Shown here: positions 1 to 12,300 of the stretch, one piece after another | How the letters are laid out: each line of letters opens with the position of its first letter | How positions within the stretch are numbered: position 1 is the first letter of the stretch | DNA from: Ranitomeya imitator | Taxonomy: Eukaryota | Assembly: GCF_032444005.1 (NCBI RefSeq) | Contig: NW_027193546.1 | Coordinates: forward strand, 310,001-374,000 | Length of the DNA stretch: 64,000 nucleotides | Reading direction: 5' to 3' | Notes under the pieces: model-generated | What the model was told of the DNA's origin: nothing | Seen by the model: the letters and a program-made list of their open reading frames with translations, nothing else | The model's database searches: none | Made by a program: the position numbers and the translations under genes

Positions 1-690
1 ATATTTTTCCCATATCCTGCTGCTGCAATTTGAAAAAAAAAATAAATAAATGACATACTCACCCCTTGTCCTGAGCAGGCGGGGACACCTGGCACTTGCG
101 ATATTCACCTGTCCCCATTCCAGCACTGCGCGCCGCTCTGTCTTCCGTCTCTCTGCAGTAACTGTTCAGGCAGAGGGCGGCGCGCACACTAAACACATCA
201 TCGAGTCCTCTGACCTGAACAGTCACAGCCAGAGGATGAGGAAGACAGAGCGGCGCACAGCGGTGGAACGGGGACAGGTGAATATCGCATGGTCCACCTC
301 CACCGTTATACTCATCCTTCCGGCGTGGTCCCTGTTTCTCTGATGCGATGGTCTCTGATGCCGGCAGCTTGTTCCTGTGTTCAGCGGTCACTGGTACCGC
401 TCATTAAAGTAATTAATATGCGGCTCCACCCCTATGGGAGTGGAGTCACGGCCATATTCATTACTTTAATGAGCGGTACCACGTGACCACTGAACACAGG
501 AAAAGCTGCGGGCGCCGGAGAATCAGGGACATTCAGAGACGCGACGGGGGCAGGTGAGTATGATGGACAGCTGCCGCTCCCCCTCCCCCGCCGACCCCCT
601 GGGACAATGACTCGGATATAAGCCGAGATGGGCACTTTCAGCCTAAAAAATGGGCTGGAAATCTCAGCTTGTACTCGAGTATATACGATA
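1..690. mobile_element. Partial Tc1/mariner(pogo-like) TA-targeting MITE, same family as 15293-16778 and 53625-54050
   Basis: Ends in a ctt(g)tactcgagtatatacg(a)ta terminal motif; internal sequence is shared with the other copies. Confidence 0.65.
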
Positions 691-798
691 GTTACATATA
701 GTCTCAGTCACTGCAGTAGAATGTTACCTCTGACAGAGACACCATCAGTTTGAGTCAGTGTTCGGCACAGAAGGATCTCTCTGATCACAAATGACTAA

Positions 799-1481
799 GG
801 CCGGCCTCACACTCAGCGTATGAAAATACAGTCCGTATATTACGGCCGTAATACGCTGAAAAGTCCCGAAAATAGTGATCCGTAGCTCCTCCGTAGGCAG
901 GGTGTTTCAGCGGTTTTTGCGCATGGCATCCTCCGTATGTAATCCGTATGGCATCCGTACTGGTAATGTCACCTTACAATAGCAAGGTGGCATTAACCCT
1001 TCATTACCCCATATCCCACCGCTACACGGGAATGGGAAGAGAGTGGCCAAGTGCCAGAATAGGCGCATCTTCCAGATGTGCCTTTTCTGGGGTGGCTGGG
1101 GGCAGATGTTTTTAGCCAGGGGGGGGGGGGGGGGCAATAACCGTGGACCCTCTCCAGGCTATTAATATCTGCCCTCAGTCACTGGCTTTACTACTCTGGC
1201 GGAGAAAATTGTGCGGGAGCCCACGCCAATTTTTTCCGCCATTTAACCCCTTATTTTACTAGCTAGAACGGCCAAATTTTGCATAGACACACTACTAACA
1301 TTAGTAGTGTGGAATATGCAAAAAAAAATGGTGATATGAGATGGTTTACTGTATGTAAACCAGGTCTCATATCATGTCGGGTTTAGGAAGGAGAAAGCAA
1401 AAGCCGGTAATTGCATTACCAGCTTTCTGCTATATCGCGGCTGTATGAAGTAATAATATATATACATATATGTGTCTCAAT

Positions 1482-1524
<43 letters not shown>

Positions 1525-1896
1525 ATTCTATGTGTACACATTTATTCTATTCTATTGTAAGCTGTCAGTGTGATTTTACTGTACACCGCACTGAATTGCC
1601 GGCTTTTCTCTGTAACACCGCTGCGTATTTCTCGCAAGTCACACTGATGGTCCGTGTGTAATCCGTATTTTTCACGCTTCCATAGACTTTCATTGACGTT
1701 TTATTTGCGCAATACGGTGACAAACGCAGCATGCTGCGATTTTCTACGGCCGTAGAAAGCCGTATAATACTGATCAGTAAAATACGGCAGATAGGAGCAG
1801 GGGCATAGAGAATAATTGTGCCGTTTGTTTTGTGAGTTTTACGGACGTAGTTTCTGCGCTCTTACGTCCGTAAAACTCGCAAGTGTGAAGCCGGCC
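799..1896. mobile_element. PIF/Harbinger-type MITE with internal (TA)n
   Basis: TIR GGCCGGC(C/T)TCACACT at both ends, TAA duplicated at 796-798 and 1897-1899; (TA)n near 1484-1521. Confidence 0.8.
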
Positions 1897-3739
1897 TAAG
1901 AGGGATCATTTTTTATTTAAAAACCCTGAAAAGTTGGTCAGACTCTCTGTGTTATTAAATAACTTGTTGGTTACTACTGAGCTAGCACCCTTTTTTATAG
2001 TGAGGTCAGTTTGACATTACTAATGCTGTGTTTGTGTTAAAATGTTTTGAAAGGGTTGGATACAGTCCAAGGAGACCTCAGCAGAGACCCCCAAAGGTCT
2101 CTTTGCCCTAAAGGAAAAGACTACTTCTATTAAAGACCAGGGATATTTGAGGAGTTTACATTGGGGCCCACAAGCTTCGAGTTGCACCACTGGACCTCAG
2201 CGGGTTACACGCGTCTTTAAATGCCATAAGAGGCTTTGCAGTATTGCAATTGAATTAATTCTCTGCAAATACGATTTTTGGGAAAGATTTGTCAAACCTG
2301 GCTATTGTATTATTTGAATTTCAAAAGATTTGATCATCTTTAATCCTAAGTCAATTTATCAAATCAGCTGACGTGCTGAAAAATTTGCGGGCTCAGTATC
2401 GGAGTCTGCATCAAAATGGAGGGAGGCGACACTGGACGTACCTATATGTCTAAGGTCGGAAAGGGGTTAACAAATGTGTGCTGGACCTGATTTTGTGGCA
2501 CTTGCCCATTTATAAGTGTTACACGTTCTCCTCCTTTACTTGTGAAAAATGTCTCCCAGTGTCACAATCCTGGAGGTGCGCCTATTAGGACACTTACAGT
2601 ATTGGCCCTCCCACAATAGGAGCTGCCATGATGACTGGAGGCCTGCTGACAGCTCTTGTCACCGCCATCTTTGTACTCCCGTGAAGCCCAGCTACTGGTG
2701 ACCGTGATTCTCACTGCATACTGCAATAGTATATTGCACAAGCAATCAAACTTTTGCAGGATCAAATCCTATGGGGATGAAAGTAAGGAGATTTATTTAA
2801 AAAAAAAGTATTATATGATTAAAACAAAAATATTTTCCTTCACCCACGTTTCCAAATACAAACAAATAAAAGAAAAAAAACAAACAAACAAAACATATTT
2901 GGTATTTCCAGGTCCACATAGGAATGATCTACCAAAATGTAAAATTAACCCCCATGTTAAAGGGAATATATCACAATAATTTTTCTATATGATCTGAGAG
3001 CAGCATAATGAAGGGGCAGAGACCCTGATTCCAGTGATGTATCACTTGCTGGGCTGCTTGCTGCCATTTTGATAGTATCACAGTTTTCTCTGCTGCAGAT
3101 CTAGCGGCGCTCTGAATGCTGAGTCCTGTATAACCCCGCCCACACCACTGATTGACAGCTTTCTGCTTACACTGTGTATAGGCAGAAAACTGCTAATCAG
3201 TACTAGGGGCGGGGCTGGACTAGGAGGCAGGAGACACCTAAGTCCTCTAGCGATAATTTCCTGCTGATAAAACACTGATTGTATTGAAAGAGCAAAATGC
3301 AGAATAGTAAGTGACACATGACTGATTCCCATTAATTGCTGGAAAGCAAAAAAATAAAAACTGCAAAAAAAAAAAAAAAAAAAAATGGGAATTTTCACTT
3401 GCTGCATCTCCCCAAAAACGCAATAAAAATAACTACCCAGGAGTCGTATCTGTCCCCAAAATGGTACCAATAAACAAGCCCTCACACCGCAAAAAAAAAA
3501 AAAAAAAAAAAAAAAAATCAAAATAAAACTTTATTGGTCTCAGAAGATGGTGCCAAAGACAAAAAAATCGTTTTATTAGGCATAAAAATATGAAAAAAAG
3601 CTAAGAAAAAAACGGAAGGGACATAAAAGGTTAGAAAAAGCTGTTGTATTGGAATGTTGGGGCGTCTTTGCCTTTCTAATGGACTATTTTTGCTTTCTCC
3701 TGTTATTTCGCTCTATGAACAGTAACGTGACAGAACCGC

Positions 3740-4330
3740 CCTCCTCACTGTCAGGAATGAACAGCGCTGCCTGGCCGCCGCCGCACGGAACTGCTCATCA
3801 TGTCAGCTGACTCGCCGTATCCAATGAGATGCCGCCTCCGCCTGACCAATAGCAGAAGTGGCTAGTTATGACGTCACTGTACGCGCTACCTGCTGGGAAA
3901 TGGCGGCGGGTACTGGCACTGCAGTGTGTGGCCGCAGCGTTACCGCGCACGGAGCGCTCTCACCACCGTTCTGTCTATAGCAGCAGGTAATGGCTCTGTA
4001 TACACTGGTTCCTCCCCGCCAGGTGCATGCTGGGAGATGTAGTTGCACACTGCAGCCAGGGGGAGCGCAGATAATGATGGCGGGTATGAGCAGAGTGATC
4101 TTTCCTGACTTTTACAGTGTGGCGTGACGTCAGCACACAGCAGACATTCCTGCCTGGATTTATGCTAGAGAACTATTACTGCTGAGCGCGCTTTTCTGTG
4201 CTTCATAGGGTTAGAAGAACTACAATTCCCAGAATGCCCTTCTAGCTGCAGGCTGCCCTGGCATGCTGAGAGTTGTAGTGTTCCTGTGGGGCTGGCAGCT
4301 GCTATTCAGGCACATCCATATTATATATGG
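3740..4330 (+). promoter_or_regulatory. CpG-rich KDM8 promoter and probable non-coding exon 1 (donor cag|gtaatg at 3986/3987)
   Basis: Locally CpG-rich. CCAAT boxes near 3821 and 3846, CRE TGACGTCA at 3869-3876 and 4125-4132, YY1-like AAATGGCGGC near 3898. Three ZNF143/THAP11-type ACTACA..CCCAG motifs at 4024-4043(-), 4219-4237(+) and a variant at 4261-4279(-). Confidence 0.7.
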
Positions 4331-4441
4331 GAGGAGAGGGCGCGTTTCATACTTTGCAACTCTGGGGCCCATTTTAGTTTTTTCTGTTTTTTTTCCGCCC
4401 AGAGCCATAACTCTTATTTTAATGGCCACACAGACATGTAA

Positions 4442-4842
4442 GGCTACTTTCACACTGGCGTTTTTTGCAATACGTCGCAATGCGTCGTTTATGGCAAAAA
4501 ACGCATCCTGCATAGTTGTTTGCAGGATGCGTTTTTGCCCCATAGATTAACATTAGCGACGCGTTGCCACATGTCGCAACCGTCGTGCGGCGGATGCGCC
4601 TTGTTGTGGCGGACCGCCGGGAGCAAAAAACGTTAAATGTAACATTTTTTGCTCCTGACAGACCGCTTTTTCCGACCGCGCATGCGTGGCCGGAACTCCG
4701 CCCCCACCTCCCCGCACCTCACAATGGGGCAGTGGGTGCGCTGGAAAAATGCACCCGTTGTGCAGTGCGTCAAACGCCAGCGTCGGAATCTCTGCCCGAC
4801 ACATTGCGACGGGCAGATTCCGACTCTAGTGTGAAAGGAGCC
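4442..4842. mobile_element. Harbinger-type MITE (second copy at 22940-23361)
   Basis: TIR GGCT(A/C)CTTTCACACT, TAA on both sides; clearly homologous to 22940-23361. Confidence 0.8.
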
Positions 4843-5873
4843 TAAGAATTGTGTTTTTTTTTTTTTTTTTTTTTTGCAGGAGGACTTGTACTTTTGAATG
4901 CCGCCATCCATTTTACCTTGTAGTGTACTCGAAAATGAGGGGGAACAAAAAGTAAAAAAGTGCGGTGAAATGGTAAAGAAAAAAAAATATAAAACATTCT
5001 GACATTGTTTTTGGGAGTTGTTTTTATGGTGTACATTTTGTGGTTAAAAAAAAAAACAAACAAAAAAAAAAATGCAGTGTGATTCTCCTCATCAATATTA
5101 TAACGGAGATACCAAATATGATTTTTTTAAATTATTATTTTAGTGGTGAAAAAAAAAAAAAAAAAAAAGCTGATGTTTGCAAAAAAAAAAAAATAAAGAT
5201 ATGGAGTTGTCACCATTTTCCGATACCTGTAACATTTTTGTTTTATTTTTCATCTGATGACTTATTTTTTTGCGTGGTGACACGTTTTTAATTAGTACCA
5301 ATTTGGCATAGAGTTCACTTTGATCGCCTGTTACGGCATTCTTGAATTTTTTTCCCTGTTTCCTGATTGGGTTAATTATTTTTATATTTTGATAGCGCTG
5401 ACTTTTCTTAACTTGGCGATGCCAAACATGTTTTTATTTATTTTTATTGTCACTGGGGGAAGAGTGAGGTGCTTTTTTTTTTTTTTTTTTTTTTTTTTTC
5501 TCCAAACTTTATTACTTTTTGCTTCAATTCTTAGATACTTGCAATCATTTACTCACTTGTACTACTTTTTAAGAGCAGTGATCGGAACCAGCTCCAGTCG
5601 CTGCTGTACCAGGAGCGCCTACAATGTATGGAGCGGGTTCGGCCCCTGAGTCCGCTCCATACACCCAGTCCCCCCCCCCCAATTCGTTTTATGACGCCAC
5701 TGTGTGATTTCTTACAAAGGGAAGCGTTGATGTAACGAGCCATACATGTTGTATAGGTGAATATTGTTTTTTCTATTCACAGGTATATGTAGCAGGACCC
5801 AGTATGTAACTGGTGGAACCGGTATGAGATCATGAAGATTGCTCAGGATTGAAGAATAAACCTAGAGGAGCAA

Positions 5874-6312
5874 ATGCAGAGCTCAGTGTGGCCCCAGATC
5901 CGGTCCCTATTGCCTCCTAGCCTCGAGGAGTTTCCGCATCAGCTGGGCCCGGAGGTGGACGGGGCCATTGTCGTGTGTGTGAAGGAGGCGGCAGTCTGTG
6001 TCTATACGTGTGATCTGGGCCGATGTGGGCACCTGGGGGAGATGATTATGGACTATAGCTGGGAGAAGCTGAATGGCCGTAACTGGAGGGATGTGTCCCG
6101 GGACTGGAGGATTGCCTATTCTTATGGCTGCCTGTTTAAGGTGGTCGGGGATTGTGGGGAGCTGGTATTGGATAAGGACAAGGTTCTGCGTGTGTGTGAC
6201 ATGTCTTTGCTCCTGGGAGCTGAGATCATGGACAATGTGATAAGTAAAATAATCCAAATATTGGGGGATCCGCTCACCAAGGACTCTGTGCGGACCCCAA
6301 AGTCTACAACAG
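5874..6312 (+). CDS. kdm8: KDM8 coding exon 1 (N-terminal region; exon starts at acceptor 5783)
   Basis: [14 protein letters not shown]...[30 protein letters not shown]; acceptor ttcacag at 5782, donor ag|gtaatt at 6313. Confidence 0.93.
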
Positions 6313-9300
6313 GTAATTGATCTGCGGAGTCAGTGGGAAGCACCTAGCGGCATGCCATCACCTGCTCAGATGGTAAAGCCTTTGTAAAGAAGTATTCCTA
6401 ATAATCGAGGGTCCCGTCTCTGAAACCCTTTTCTCTTTGGAGAACACAAGTCCCAGAGCCGGCGCTCTTACCATATGGGTCAGTGAGGAGGGCAAACCCA
6501 TTACATAGTAGTCCATAGGGAGGACCACAGCTACGTCGGAGCCTTTACAACTCGAGTTATCTTCCTGCTCCAAGCCAGAGAAACCAAGGAAAGACCTGTC
6601 CACAGGCCGCCCCGAAGCACAGTCTCTCTATGATGAGGAACATATTTGTGCTTCGGGGCAGCCTGTGGACAGGTCTTTCCTTGGTTTCTCTGGCTTAGAG
6701 CAGGAAGAAGACTCTGCCTTCAGTCCCATCCCGGAACACGAGATATCATTAACTGAAAGCTTCTAACACTGGTTACACAAGAACCTCAGGATGGTTTTTT
6801 TTCACCCAAGTTATCCTCTTAATCAGTGTAACATCGCCAACCTGACAGTGCCTGTAGTTTACTTAGTTAAATCCTGCTGCCAGGTTCGCTTTAAGCCTAT
6901 GTTCACACATTGCTTTTTTACATTGTTTTTTTTTTTTTTTTTTTGCTGCGTTTTTTTTTTTTTTTTAATGGAAATTAAAATCTGCTCTTTAGAGTACTAG
7001 CAAAAGCTATTAGATTTCAGAAATCTCACGGGCATACTTGCCTTTTTTTGTCCTGACTGCATTGGAAATTGCTGTGGCTTTGTTTTTTTAACCTGTAGCA
7101 TCTCAAGTCGTTCACCATAGAAAGCAACGCGGGAGTGCAAAAAAGACACAACCATGAGTTTTATTTACCAAAAACAAACTTTATTAAATATGTACTGTAG
7201 ACAAATGACAACTGTAATATGCAGCAAGAATGGATCAAAAACGTACCAAAACCTGCCTTCTGTAAGCAGCTTCTTCACTGCCAAGAGATCATGTTTTGCC
7301 TGCAGAAAAAGTGCAGCAAAAGCATGCGATCAGTCTAACACCTAGTAAAGTTGTAATATCCTGTCCCGCGAGTCCATACCCCTTTTTAACCCCTTCCCGC
7401 CCTTTGACGCATACGCTGCGTCATGAAAGTCGGTGCCATTCTGACCCATGACGCAGCATATGCGTCATGGAATGATCGCGTCCCTGCAGATCGGGTGAAA
7501 GGGTTAACTCCCATTTCACCCGATCTGCAGGGACAGGGGGAGTGGTAGTTTAGCCCAGGGGGGGTGGCTTCACCCCCTCGTGGCTACGATCGCTCTGATT
7601 GGCTGTTGAAAGTGAAACTGCCAATCAGAGCGATTTGTAATATTTCACCTAAAAAAATGGTAAAATATTACAATCCAGCCATGGCCGATGCTGCAATATC
7701 ATCGGCCATGGCTGGACACACTAATGTGCACCCACTCCACTCCTCCGATCGCCCCCCCAGCCCCCCGATCTGTGGTCCGCTCCCCTCGGTCCTGTGCTCC
7801 GCTCCCCCGTCCTCCTGCCCGCTCCCCCCGTGCTCCAATCACAACCCCCGTGCTTCAATCAAACCCCCCCGCACTCCGATTCCCCCCCCCCGCACAGCGA
7901 TCCCCCCCCCCCCCCCGTGCTCCGATCCACCCGCCCATACAGCGATCCCCCACTCCGTGCTCCAATCCACCCCCCCGTGTTCCGATCCACCCCCCCCGTG
8001 CTCCGACGCCCCCCCCCGTGCCCTGATCTCCCCCCCCCCTTATACTTACCTGGCCTCCCGGGGACCGTCCGTCTTCTTTCCTGGGAGCCGCCATCTTCCA
8101 AAATGGCGGGCGCATGTGCACACGTATTCTGGTCCTCTGCGGATTTTTCCGCTGCGGATTTGATAAATCTGCAGTGCTAAACCGCTGCGGATTTATGGCG
8201 GATTTACCATGTTTTTTCTGCGCATTTCAATGCGGTTTTACAACAGCAATTTTCTATTTGAGCAGTTGTAAAACCGCTGCGGAATCCGCAGAAAGAAGTG
8301 ACATGCTGCGGAATGTAAACCGCTGCGTTTCCGTGCAGTTTTTCTGCAGCATGTGTACAGCGATTTTTGTTTCCCATAGGTTTGCATTGAACTGTAAGCT
8401 CATGGGAAACTGCTGCGGATCCGCAGCGTGTGCACATACCTTTAGAATTAGGCTATGTGCACACGGTGCGGATTTGGCTGCGGATCCGCAGCAGAGTTCC
8501 ATCAGGTTTACAGTACCATGTAAACATATGGAAAACCAAATCCGCTGTGCCCATGGTGCGGAAAATACCGCGCGGGAACGTTGCGTTGTATTTTCCGCAG
8601 CATGTCAATTCTTTGTGCGGATTCCGCAGCGTTTTACACCTGTTCCTCAATAGGAATCCGCAGGTGAAATCCGGACAAAAAACACTGGAAATCCGCGGTA
8701 AATCCGCAGGTAAAACACAGTGCCTTTTACCCGCGGATTTTTCAAAAATGGTGCGGAAATATCTCACACGAATCCGCAACGTGGGCACATAGCCTTAGGG
8801 TTGGGTTGGAATTAGGGTTGTGGTTAGGGTTAGGGGGGTGTTGGGGTTAGGGTTGTGATTAGGGTTACGGCTATAGTTGGGATAAGGTTTAGGGGTGTGT
8901 TGGAGTTAGAATTGAGGGGTTTCCACTGTTTAGGCACATCAGGGGATCTCCAAACGCAACATGGCGCCACCATTGATTCCAGCCAATCTTGTATTCAAAA
9001 AGTCAAATGGTGCTCCCTCACTTCCGAGCCCCAACGTGTGCCCAAACAGTGGTTTACCCCCACATATGGGGTACCAGCATACTCAGGATAAACTGCGCAA
9101 CAATTACTGGGGTCCAATTTCTCCTGTTACCCTTGAGAAAAAAAAAAATTGCTTGCTAAAACATCATTTTTGAGGAAAGAAAAATGATTTTTTATTTTCA
9201 CGGCTCTGCGTTGTAAACGTCTGTGAAGCACTTGGGGGTTCAAAGTGCTCACCACATATCTAGATAAGTTCCTTGGGGGGTCTAGTTTCCAAAATGGGGT

Positions 9301-12300
9301 CACTTGTGGGGGGTTTCTACTGTTTAGGCACACCAGGGGCTCTGCAAACGCAACGTGACGCCCGCAGACCATTCCATCAAAGTCTGCATTTCAAAAGTCA
9401 CTACTTCCCTTCTGAGCCCCGGCATGTGCCCAAACAGTGGTTTACCCCCACACATGGGGTATCAGCGTACTCAGGAGAAACTGGACAACAACATTTGTGG
9501 TCCAATTTCTCCTGTAACCCTTGGGAAAATAAAAAATTCTGGGCTAAAAAAATATTTTTGAGGAAAGAAAACGTATTTATTATTTTCACTGCTCTGTGTT
9601 ATGAACTTCTGTGAAGCACTTGGGGGTTCAAAATGCTCACCTCACATCTAGATAAGTTCCTTTCGGGGTCTAGTTTCCAAAATGGGGTCACTTGTGGGGG
9701 GTTTCTACTGTTTAGGCACACCAGGGGCTCTGCAAACGCAACGTGACGCCCGAAGAGCATTCCATCAAAGTCTGCATTTCAAAACGTCACTACTTCACTT
9801 CCGAGCCCCAGCATGTGCCTAAACAGTGGTTTACCCACACATATTGGGTATCAGCGTGCTCAGGAGAAACTGGACAACAAACTTTGGGGTCAAATATCTC
9901 CTGTTACCCTTGGGAAAATAATAAATTGCGGGCTAAAAAATCATTTTTGAGAAAATATATATATTTTTTTTTTCATGGCTCTGCGTTATAAACTTCTGTG
10001 AAGCACTTGAGGGTTCAAAGTGCTCACCACACATCTAGATTAGTTCCTTTGGGGGTCTAGTTTCCAAAATGGGGTCATTTGTGGGGGGATCTCCAATGTT
10101 TAGGCACACAGGGGCTCTCCAAACGCGACATGGTGTCCGCTAATGATTGGAGCTAATTTTCCATTTAAAAAGCCAAATGGCGTGCCTTCCCTTCTGAGCC
10201 CTGCTGTGCGCCCAAACAGTGGTTTACCCCCACATATGGGGTATCAGCCTACTCAGGACAAACTGGACAACAACATTTGTGGTCCAATTTCTCCTATTAC
10301 CATTGGCAAAATAGGAAATTCCAGGCTAAAAAATCATTTTTGAGAAAAGAATAATTTTTTTATTTTCATGGCTCTGCATTATAAACTTCTGTGAAACACC
10401 TGGGGGTTTAAAGTGCTCAGTATGCATCTAGATAAGTTCCTTGGGGGGTCTAGTTTCCAAAATGGTGTCACTTGTGGGGGAGCTCCAATGCATAGGCACA
10501 CAGGGGCTCTCCAAATGCGACATGGTGTCCGCTAACAAATGGAGCTAATTTTCCATTCAAAAAGTCAAAAGGCGCGCCTTCCCTTCCGAGCCCTGCCGTG
10601 TGCCCAAACAGTGGTTTACCCCCACATATGAGGTATCGGCGTACTCGGGAGAAATTGCTCAACAAATTTTAGGATCAATTTTATCCTATTGCCCATGTGA
10701 AAATGAAAAAATTGAGGCGAAAAGAAATTTTTTGTGAAAAAAAAAAAAAAGTACTTTTTCATTTTTACGGATCAATTTGTGAAGCACCTGAGGGTTTAAA
10801 GTGCTCACTAGGCATCTAGATAAGTTCCTTGGGGGGTCCAGTTTCCAAAATGGGGTCACTTGTGGGGGAGCTTCAATGTTTAAGCACACAGGGTCTCTCC
10901 AAACGCGACATGGTGTCCGCTAACGATGGAGATAATTTTTCATTCAAAAAGTCAAATGGCGCTCCTTCCCTTCCGAGCCTTACCATGTGCCCAAACAGTG
11001 GTTTACCCCCACATGTGAGGTATCAGTGTGCTCAGGAGAAATTGCCAAACAAATTTTAGGATCCATTTTATCCTGTTGTCCATGTGAAAATGAAAAAATT
11101 GAGGCTAAAAGAATTTTTTTTGTGAAAAAATAGTACTTTTTCATTTTTACGGATCAATTTGTGAAGCAGCTGGGGGTTTAAAGGGCTCACTATGCATCTA
11201 GATAAGTTCCTTGGGGCGTCTAGTTTCCAAAATGGGGTCACTTGTGGGGGAGCTCCAATTTTTAGGCACACGGGGGCTCTCCAAACGTGACATGGTGTCC
11301 GCTAAAGAGTGCAGCCAATTTTTCATTCAAAAAGTCAAATGGCGCTCCTTCCCTTCCAAGCCCTGCCGTGCGCCCAAACAGTGGTTTACCCCCACATATG
11401 AGATATCAGCGTACTCAGGACAAATTGGACAACAACTTTCTTGGTTCAGTTTCTCCTTTTACCATTGGGAAAATACAACAATTGTTGCTGAAAAATCATT
11501 TTTGTGACTAAAAAGTTAAATGTTCATTTTTTCCTTCCATGTTGCTTCTGCTGCTGTGAAGCACCTGAAGGGTTAATCAACTTCTGTAATGTGGTTTTGT
11601 GCACCTTGAGGAGTGCAGTTTTTAGAATGGTGTCACTTTTGGGTATTTTCAGCCATATAGACCCCTCAAACTGACTTCAAATGTGAGGTGGTCCCTAAAA
11701 AAAATGGTTTTGTAAATTTCGTTGTAAAAATGAGAAATCGCTGGTCAAATTTTAACCCTTATAACTTCCTAGCAAAAAAAAAAATTGTTTCCAAAATTGT
11801 GCTGATGTAAAGTAGACGTGTGGGAAATGTTACTTATTAACTATTTTGTGTCACATACCTCTCTGGTTTAACAGAATAAAAATTCAAAATGTGAAAATTG
11901 CGAAATTTTCAAAATTTTCGCCAAATTTCCGTTTTTTTCACAAATAAACACAGAATTTATTGACCTAAATTTACCACTATCATGAAGCCCAATATGTCAC
12001 GAAAAAACAATCTCAGAACCGCTAGGATCCATTGAAGCGTTCCTGAGTTATTACCTCATAAAGGGACACTGGTCAGAATTGCAAAAAACGGCAAGGTCTT
12101 TAAGGTCAAAATAGGCTGGGTCATGAAGGGGTTAATACATGAGAATATGCTTCTGACTGACATTGCAAGTTATATAGCCTGTGATCCACAAATACATCTA
12201 GATCCTTCTCTACCAGTGACTCTCCTAGTTTCACTCCCCCCTACACCCAGATCCTTCTCTACCAGTGACTCTCCTAGTTTCACTCCCCCCTAACCCAGAT

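Larger units (their letters stand above)
7386..12135. mobile_element. 4.75-kb non-autonomous Kolobok/T2-type DNA transposon (TTAA ends) with nested MITEs and an internal tandem array
   Basis: TTAACCCCTTC at the left end and GAAGGGGTTAA at the right end; no transposase ORF. Family assignment follows the known TTAA/AGGGG termini of anuran T2-MITEs. Confidence 0.8.

Noticed and set aside
7564-8180. Pro-rich ORFs (112-199 aa)
   Set aside because: They come from C-rich short repeats within the Kolobok/T2 element.
8796-8925. True telomere or chromosome-fusion site
   Set aside because: The TTAGGG-like units are few, degenerate and embedded inside a transposon; no head-to-head array.
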